NCBI GenBank assembly: GCA_036339875.1 | Contig: JAYZAC010000187.1 | Span: 1 to 24,487 of the forward strand | Length of the DNA: 24,487 nucleotides | Reading direction: 5' to 3' | DNA from: a bacterium | GTDB lineage: Bacteria; Muiribacteriota; UBA6191 | In this document: positions 18,523 to 24,487 of the stretch, in pieces | How positions within the stretch are numbered: position 1 is the first letter of the stretch | Layout of the letters: the number at the start of each line of letters is the position of its first letter | Notes under the pieces: model-generated | Databases searched by the model: none | What the model was told of the DNA's origin: nothing | The model's input: the letters and a program-made list of their open reading frames with translations, nothing else | Made by a program: the position numbers and the translations under genes

Positions 18523-18611
18523 GAACGAGATTTTGAGGTGAAGAGCGCATCACTAAAGGGTTAAGGTGCAGCTTCATCATAATTGTTTGAATCGTTTACG
18601 AGGAGAAATAG

Positions 18612-18884
18612 ATGAACAAATCAGAATTGATTAAAGCTATTGCTGAGAAAGCTTCACTGTCCCAGTCTGATGCATCAAAAGCTTTGGATGCTTTTTTAGG
18701 TGCCATCAAGGATTCGTTAAAATCTGGAGATGCAGTTCAGCTGGTAGGTTTTGGGTCTTTTAAGGTTAGTGAGCGTAAAGCCCGCAAGGGAATTAATCCA
18801 CAGACCAAGCAGGAGATAACTATTGCTGCCAGTAAAATTCCTAAATTTGTTCCTGGAAAGGAATTCAAGGAAAGTATCAAGTAA
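18612..18884 (+). CDS. hup: DNA-binding protein HU
   Basis: MNKSELIKAIAEKA...VQLVGFGSFKV..RKARKGINPQT; SD GAGGAG. Confidence 0.97.
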   Translation: MNKSELIKAIAEKASLSQSDASKALDAFLGAIKDSLKSGDAVQLVGFGSFKVSERKARKGINPQTKQEITIAASKIPKFVPGKEFKESIK

Positions 18885-18895
18885 ATTAGTTTATG

Positions 18896-18927
18896 AGATC
18901 CCAGCTCAGGCTGGGATCTTTTTTTTT
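18896..18927 (+). terminator. Rho-independent terminator of hup
   Basis: AGATCCCAGC-TCAG-GCTGGGATCT followed by a T-run. Confidence 0.92.
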
Positions 18928-18966
18928 AATCGAATGTTTTCAGATTAGTGTGGTTGTCAATATTTT

Positions 18967-18995
18967 TTGACACCCTCAAATTGGTTAGATATACT
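18967..18995 (+). promoter_or_regulatory. sigma70 promoter of secDF
   Basis: TTGACA (18967-18972), 17-nt spacer, TATACT (18990-18995). Confidence 0.75.
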
Positions 18996-19061
18996 CACCG
19001 ACCCCACGACTTTAATTGGAATTTAGTGTGGGCCAGTCTCTTTAGATTTTTGAGGAATAAA

Positions 19062-20621
19062 ATGCGAGAAAACTACACCCCCAAAATAATTATGATAATT
19101 TTGGTATTGCTCACAAGTTTGTACGTTGCATTGCCTTCGTTAGGAGTTTTTCCTAATGTTGTCGATCATGATCGCAACGGGATAATAAATGATGTAGACT
19201 TCAAAGAATATCATCGAGTAAGACTGCAAAAAGATACCACTATTATGTCTAAGTATGATTCCAACAAAGACGGTAATCTATTAGGACTCGAATGGGATAA
19301 ATGCTTTGATGAGAATCGAGAGGTTATGGGCCTTACTAAGGATCCAAGGTTTGCTAGAAGATTTTTTAGTCCCAAGCAAATTACTCTTGGTCTTGATCTT
19401 CAGGGCGGGATTGACCTGATTTACAGAATAGAATCTGATGAAGAGCTAAAGACTAAGGCGGAGAGAAAAGATTTAATTAGAAAAACAATTCTTGTACTCA
19501 AGAATCGCATAGATATTCTTGGAATTACAGAACCAGTCGTCCAGCCTTATAACGAGGACCATATTCGGGTACAGTTAGCCGGTCGATTTGATGAGAAGCA
19601 AGTTAAATCTATCATAGGACAAACGGATTTGCTGAAATTCCAATGGGTCGTTGACTATGCTGATTCAGCGTTGAGTTTTGGTAGTCGAGCACAGAGCCCC
19701 GAATATGAAATCGTTCGCCAAACTGCTGAAGTAGCCAAAGATGGTTCTTTAATTGACAGTGGTGGTTGGTATCTCTTGCAGCGAAAAACTGTAGTAACAG
19801 GCGATGAAATAAACTCAGCATTTACTCGATTTAACGAGTTTGGAAAGCCAGAAATAGGTCTTAAGTTCAGAGACTCGGGTGCAACTAAAATGGCCAATGC
19901 TACCAAAAGTATGATTGGTCAGCGCTTAGCAATAGTTCTCGGTGGAGAGGTTTATATGGCGCCTACTGTGCAGTCGCAGCTATCTTCAGATGTAACTGTG
20001 GAGGGTAGTTTTGATCTGGAATATGTCAAAGGTATCGTAGGTGTTCTTCGAGCAGGTAGTTTGCCGGCTAAATTAATACCCGTTCTTGAAAATAGGGTGG
20101 GTGCTACATTAGGACAGGATGCTGTACAAAGAGGTTTTGTTGCTGGGAAATGGGGATTTTTAATGGTCTTTGTGGCTATGTTTCTCATATACAGGTTTGC
20201 TGGAATCTTTGCGAATATTGCACTTTTGTTTAACTTGTTGTTAGTCATTGCGATCATGGTGTTTATGGGGGCTACTTTAACATTGCCCGGCATAGCTGGC
20301 CTTATCTTGACTGTTGGTATGGCAGTTGATGCAAATGTTTTGATTTTCGAAAGGGTGCGCGAGGAATTGAGGAGTGGAAAATCGATTCGCGCCGCAATTG
20401 ATGCGGGCTTCTCTAAGGCTTTTACAGCGATTTTAGATGCTAATGTGACATCATTATTTACTTGTATCGTACTCTTCAAGTTTGGCTCCGGTCCTATTCA
20501 AGGTTTTGCTGTGACTCTTGCTATAGGTATCTTAGCTAGTATGTTTACAGCAATTTTTGTAGTTAAGACTTTGTTGGCTAGCTACTACAATAATTCAAAT
20601 GAGAAAACTATCAGTATTTAA
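19062..20621 (+). CDS. secD: Protein translocase subunit SecD (with EF-hand-like insertion)
   Basis: LGLDLQGG, LRAGSLPA, TLTLPGIAGLILTVGMAVDANVLIFERVREE. ATG at 19062 after GAGGA is preferred to the track's 18948 start, which lies upstream of the promoter. Confidence 0.96.
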   Translation: MRENYTPKIIMIILVLLTSLYVALPSLGVFPNVVDHDRNGIINDVDFKEYHRVRLQKDTTIMSKYDSNKDGNLLGLEWDKCFDENREVMGLTKDPRFARRFFSPKQITLGLDLQGGIDLIYRIESDEELKTKAERKDLIRKTILVLKNRIDILGITEPVVQPYNEDHIRVQLAGRFDEKQVKSIIGQTDLLKFQWVVDYADSALSFGSRAQSPEYEIVRQTAEVAKDGSLIDSGGWYLLQRKTVVTGDEINSAFTRFNEFGKPEIGLKFRDSGATKMANATKSMIGQRLAIVLGGEVYMAPTVQSQLSSDVTVEGSFDLEYVKGIVGVLRAGSLPAKLIPVLENRVGATLGQDAVQRGFVAGKWGFLMVFVAMFLIYRFAGIFANIALLFNLLLVIAIMVFMGATLTLPGIAGLILTVGMAVDANVLIFERVREELRSGKSIRAAIDAGFSKAFTAILDANVTSLFTCIVLFKFGSGPIQGFAVTLAIGILASMFTAIFVVKTLLASYYNNSNEKTISI

Positions 20622-20631
20622 GGAAGTAGTT

Positions 20632-21585
20632 ATGAATCTTAATTTCGTAGGTAATCGTATTACGTTTTATATTTTGTCCAGTATACTGATAATTGCTAGT
20701 GTGGGCCTCCTCATTAGCCAGGGGCTTAACTTCGGTATAGAATTTAAATCGGGTTCTGTATTCCGTCTGTCATTTCAAGAAGAGGCGACTGTTGATGATG
20801 TTCGAAAGATTTTGGAGCTTGATAAGTTCAAGAAATATTTCCAGAAATCTCAGGTTCAAGAAATATCGGCAGCCGACGCAATAGGTAGTTCTCAGAAGGA
20901 ATTCTTCGTAACTTCTGATTTTATTGCAGGTAATACTGGGGCTGAATCTATCGACCGTCTAGTTGAGCAAGAATTTAAAAGTATTTATTCCAGTGCTAAA
21001 ATTCACGAATTCAACAACATTGGTCCTGCTATAGGTGATGATCTGAAAGAAGCAGCTATTTTTTCGATCATTTTTTCAATCTTTGTAATAATATTCTACA
21101 TCAGTGTAAGATTCGAATTTCAGTATAGCATCGTATCAATTGTTGCCTTGGTGCATGATGTGATGTTTGTCTTAGGGATTTTTGCTCTGACCCAAAGAGA
21201 ATTCTCAGCCAGTACAATTGCGGCTATTCTGACGATCATCGGTTACTCATTGAATGACACAATAGTTATTTTGGATAGGATTCGTGAAAACGTTCGTTTG
21301 ATGAGGAAGGATTCAATCGATCACATTGTAAATGTTTCAATTAACCAGTCTTTGTCAAGAACCTTCTATACTTCAATGACGACGATGTGTCCGATTGTGA
21401 TTCTATTTTTGTGGGGCGGCACTGGAGTTGCTAATTTTACTTTTGCCATGTTGCTGGGAGTTATTGTGGGGACATACTCGTCAGTATGTTTAGCGAGTCC
21501 ATTACTTGTTACTTGGGATAAAAATAAGAATAAGAAGTCTGAGAGTGTTTCCGATAACACTCAGGTGGCTGCCTCCAAATCATAG
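20632..21585 (+). CDS. secF: Protein translocase subunit SecF
   Basis: GLNFGIEFKSG, IGPAIG, ALVHD, IGYSLNDTIVILDRIRE; ATG at 20632 after AAGGA. Confidence 0.96.
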   Translation: MNLNFVGNRITFYILSSILIIASVGLLISQGLNFGIEFKSGSVFRLSFQEEATVDDVRKILELDKFKKYFQKSQVQEISAADAIGSSQKEFFVTSDFIAGNTGAESIDRLVEQEFKSIYSSAKIHEFNNIGPAIGDDLKEAAIFSIIFSIFVIIFYISVRFEFQYSIVSIVALVHDVMFVLGIFALTQREFSASTIAAILTIIGYSLNDTIVILDRIRENVRLMRKDSIDHIVNVSINQSLSRTFYTSMTTMCPIVILFLWGGTGVANFTFAMLLGVIVGTYSSVCLASPLLVTWDKNKNKKSESVSDNTQVAASKS

Positions 21586-21604
21586 ATATTCGCCGGCTCA
21601 GGGT

Positions 21605-22408
21605 TTAGATAACTTTGTGAATCAAGTAAAACCAGCTGGTAATCGTCAAGATGATAGTGATGTCGGCTCTGCCAAATTTATATTCGTGAACTGATGTTCT
21701 CGGTGAGTCGGGTTTAAAGCCTCGAACTTCCATTGCTATAGCGAGTTGGTCTGCGCGTTCTAAAGCTGAATTAAAGAGTGGTATTAAAAGGCTGGTGAAG
21801 CAGTTAAACCTTTTTTTAATTGAACCACTTCTAAGGCTAGCTCCTCGAGCAGTTTGCGCCATAAGAAGTTTTTGAAATTCTTCCATAAGTACTGGGATGA
21901 ATCTGAGGGAAATCGAAAGCATTAGACTAAACTCCGCTACGGGAAATTTGAATAGTCTTAATGGTTTTAATATTCGTTCAACTGCATATGTTATTTGAAC
22001 TGAAGAGGTTGTTAAGGTGAGTAGCGCTGAAGCTACAACTACAAGAATTAGTCTCAGACAGTAAAATACTCCTCGCTCAAATCCCGCTTGCGAAATCTTT
22101 ATAAATTTCCATTCAAAAATTAATTCTGAATTACTTGTATCGGTTAGTGCGTGTATAAAAAATGTTATTAGCATCAGTAATAACAATGGTTTTAAGCCAT
22201 GTAATATCATGCTAAATGGGATTTTACATAACCAAAATGTAAGTGTTAAGAGTGGAATAACAGCTAATAATTGAAGAAGTTGATCGAGTTGGAAAATCAG
22301 TAGGCAGAATATGAAAAGTAGGCTCACTTTGTGTACGGGGTGGCTTTGATGTAGTAGGCTTCGACCTGATATATATTGGCCGATTATGAAACGAGCCTGC
22401 ATATTCAT
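21605..22408 (-). CDS. ecfT: Energy-coupling factor transporter transmembrane component T
   Basis: IGQY...SLLH, SISLRFIPVLMEE, coupling motifs AQTARG and AMEVRG. Confidence 0.92.
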   Translation of the reverse strand: MNMQARFIIGQYISGRSLLHQSHPVHKVSLLFIFCLLIFQLDQLLQLLAVIPLLTLTFWLCKIPFSMILHGLKPLLLLMLITFFIHALTDTSNSELIFEWKFIKISQAGFERGVFYCLRLILVVVASALLTLTTSSVQITYAVERILKPLRLFKFPVAEFSLMLSISLRFIPVLMEEFQKLLMAQTARGASLRSGSIKKRFNCFTSLLIPLFNSALERADQLAIAMEVRGFKPDSPRTSVHEYKFGRADITIILTITSWFYLIHKVI

Positions 22409-22498
22409 ACGATCATAATAATGGAATGTCTATAACTATAAAAGTGAAACTGAAGATCCATATTTTTTTATTTGTTTGAGTAATATAGTCTGTGTTTT

Positions 22499-22527
22499 TT
22501 GATTATGTATTGATACGAGGTTACAAT
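22499..22527 (+). promoter_or_regulatory. Possible sigma70 promoter of glgC
   Basis: TTGATT, 17-nt spacer, TACAAT (22522-22527) in an AT-rich divergent intergenic region. Confidence 0.4.
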
Positions 22528-22569
22528 GGGAATCTCAAGAGTCAGTATGGGTAATTGGCAGGAGGAGAA

Positions 22570-23805
22570 ATGCGACCGGAAATTTTGGGGCTTATCTTGG
22601 CTGGTGGAAAAGGTACTAGGCTAGAGCCTCTGACATCTTTTCGATCCAAACCAGCGGTTCCGTTTGGTGGTAGATATAGAATTGTTGATTTTGTGCTAAG
22701 TAATTTCATTAATTCTGGAATTTATTCGATCTATGTTTTAACTCAATTTAAATCTCAGTCCTTAACTGAGCATATTAATGAGGCTTGGCGGTTTGGGTCT
22801 TTACTGGCAAATCAATACATTACCTGTGTTCCAGCCCAAATGAATACGGGCGACTCTTGGTATATGGGTACTGCTGATGCGATCTATCAAAATATAAATT
22901 TGATTAGACAAGAAAATCCATTTTTGACCGCTGTATTTGGTGGAGATCATATATATAAGATGGATGTTTCTGCTATGGCAAAATATCATCATGAGAAGTC
23001 CGCAGACTGTACTGTTGCAGCTCTACCAGTACCTTTGGAAGAAGCTACAGAATTTGGGGTTATTCAGGTGGATTCAGATTGGCGTATCATAGGGTTTCAG
23101 GAAAAGCCTTCCAACCCCATTTCACTCCCTAATGATCCTACTCGGGCTCTTGTTAGTATGGGGAACTATATTTTTAATACCCGTCAACTGATTAATGAAT
23201 TGGAAGAAGATGCTGTCAATGAAAATTCGTCTCATGATTTTGGAAAGGATATTCTGCCTAAAATGAAAGATTCGGGGCGTCTGTATGCCTATGACTTTGG
23301 TCGGAACATAATTCCAGGAGAGCCTGTAGAATCTAATAGTTACTGGCGTGACGTTGGAACGTTGGATGCTTATTATGAGGCTAACATGGATTTACGTTAC
23401 GTCAATCCAGCGTTTAATTTATATAATAAGGAATGGCCTATTCACTCTAATACATTGAGGCTACCTCCCGCTAAATTCGTCCATTTAGGGCCTCACAGAA
23501 CTGGTCAGGCGATTAACTCTGTAGTTTGTGAGGGGGTTATAATATCTGGGGCGGTGGTCAAAGACAGTATTATCGGGCCTAACGTGCGAGTCAATAGTTT
23601 CAGCCAGGTCGATGGTTGCATCATAATGGAAGGCGCTGAAATAGCCCGTAATTGTAAAATAAAGAATGCCATTATCGATAAGCATGTAAAGATTCCTGAA
23701 GGTACTGAAATAGGATACGATGCTGAAAAGGATAGGGAAAGATACGAAACGGTAACTGAAAGCGGTTTGGTTGTAATTAAAAAGGCTAGACGCTTTTTAA
23801 TGTAG
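22570..23805 (+). CDS. glgC: Glucose-1-phosphate adenylyltransferase (ADP-glucose pyrophosphorylase)
   Basis: ILAGGKGTRL, RSKPAVPFGGRYRIVDF, WYMGTADA, GDHIYKMD, FQEKP, YWRDVGT; ATG at 22570 after AGGAGG. Confidence 0.97.
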   Translation: MRPEILGLILAGGKGTRLEPLTSFRSKPAVPFGGRYRIVDFVLSNFINSGIYSIYVLTQFKSQSLTEHINEAWRFGSLLANQYITCVPAQMNTGDSWYMGTADAIYQNINLIRQENPFLTAVFGGDHIYKMDVSAMAKYHHEKSADCTVAALPVPLEEATEFGVIQVDSDWRIIGFQEKPSNPISLPNDPTRALVSMGNYIFNTRQLINELEEDAVNENSSHDFGKDILPKMKDSGRLYAYDFGRNIIPGEPVESNSYWRDVGTLDAYYEANMDLRYVNPAFNLYNKEWPIHSNTLRLPPAKFVHLGPHRTGQAINSVVCEGVIISGAVVKDSIIGPNVRVNSFSQVDGCIIMEGAEIARNCKIKNAIIDKHVKIPEGTEIGYDAEKDRERYETVTESGLVVIKKARRFLM

Positions 23806-23887
23806 TGTTTCTATCAGCTCTGATATAATCTTGGCCAACACGTAGGTCTGATCTTAAGCTGAGGTCTAGCCTTCGATGGGGGTTGTA

Positions 23888-24487
23888 ATGCGAACAGATT
23901 ATCGTAGTTTAGAAATGGCTGGAAATGCGAAGCCAGCTTTTGATCGTTTTCTGAGTGATTTCGAAGAGCAGTTAAATGATACAAATGTCGATAATTATGC
24001 GTTAGTTTGTGAAACTATTTACGAATTAGAGACGGGTAAGAAGGGTTATCAAAAGGCTCTTGAGAAGGCTTTCGAGCAAAAAGATTTGGCTTCACAGGTG
24101 AAATTAGCTTCAATGAATCCGAGGTATTCTGCTCAGGAGTCCGAATATTACGGCGATATAGATGTGGAGAGGTATGAACGAAACAAGCCCCTTCACTGGA
24201 TGTGGACGTACTTTGATAGGCTACCCGTTGGACGTAATACTCTAATTGGATTTCCCTTTCGTAGAATAATGGGTGGCTATATGTTTGCATTTTTGGGTGA
24301 AGATGTGAAGATCTTTCACAATGTGGAATTTACATATGGTTACAATCTTTTTATTGAAGATGGTGTTGTAATTCACAGAGATGTAATGCTGGATGATCGC
24401 TGTGGTATCCATATTAAGAAAAATGCTTCGATTTCAGATTTTGCAAACATTTACTCTCACAGTCATCATGCTGACGATATTATGGAT
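23888..24487 (+). CDS. Hexapeptide-repeat (left-handed beta-helix) O-acyltransferase with N-terminal helical domain, 3'-truncated
   Basis: Manual translation, open for 200 codons to the window end: MRTDYRSLEM...ESEYYGDID...WMWTYFDR...FRR...GEDVKIFHNVEFTYGYNLFIEDGVVIHRDVMLDDR..I.I..NASISDFANIYSHSH. Not in the ORF track. Confidence 0.85.
   Translation, partial: MRTDYRSLEMAGNAKPAFDRFLSDFEEQLNDTNVDNYALVCETIYELETGKKGYQKALEKAFEQKDLASQVKLASMNPRYSAQESEYYGDIDVERYERNKPLHWMWTYFDRLPVGRNTLIGFPFRRIMGGYMFAFLGEDVKIFHNVEFTYGYNLFIEDGVVIHRDVMLDDRCGIHIKKNASISDFANIYSHSHHADDIMD

Noticed and set aside
18948..19061. N-terminal extension of SecD given in the ORF track
   Set aside because: It spans the predicted promoter and leader; ATG 19062 has an SD and gives a normal TM1 position
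23811..23824. Short palindrome TATCAG-CT-CTGATA after glgC
   Set aside because: Only 6 bp, AT-rich and without a U-tract; cannot be distinguished from chance
1656..24290. Short antisense or out-of-frame ORFs in the track (e.g. 1656-2042, 2112-2387, 3682-3996, 7181-7474, 16203-16484, 19952-20479, 24015-24290)
   Set aside because: All lie wholly or almost wholly within confidently identified genes and look like shadow ORFs with no motifs
1..24487. CRISPR arrays, tRNA/rRNA genes, IS or prophage elements
   Set aside because: Intergenic gaps are short and show no spaced direct repeats, cloverleaf or T-loop motifs; no transposase, integrase or phage proteins were recognised

Overview
Chromosomal housekeeping region (almost all genes on the + strand) of a bacterium. 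Its mixed gene affinities (Firmicutes-like spoVS, ecfT and rsmB-PASTA-rpe; mycobacterial-style Zn-free L32) suggest a poorly characterised lineage (inference). Gene order: partial minus-strand secreted protein; a 682-aa multi-wHTH/degenerate N6-methyltransferase fusion; rpmF-plsX-fabH-fabD-fabG-acpP-fabF-rnc-spoVS-TPR; a small minus-strand orphan; HIT-rsmB-PASTA protein-pseudokinase-rpe-TPR; hup; secD-secF; a lone convergent ecfT; glgC; and a partial hexapeptide acyltransferase. Three CDSs are missing from the ORF track: rpmF and the two edge-truncated genes. No mobile element, CRISPR array, tRNA or rRNA was seen. Most interesting: (1) an apparently split, order-reversed and catalytically dead PknB/PrkC-like pair (TM-3xPASTA sensor followed by a pseudokinase-TM) at the conserved rsmB...rpe locus; (2) a protein with about 4 tandem HARE-HTH/RNAP-delta-like domains fused to an HsdM-like methyltransferase fold lacking NPPF, behind a terminator-containing leader; (3) a SecD with a pair of EF-hand-like Ca2+ loops after TM1; (4) candidate cis-regulatory RNA structures (rpmF leader switch, perfect 18-bp hairpin after acpP in an rnc-containing operon). 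All family calls come from motif recognition by eye; no searches were run.
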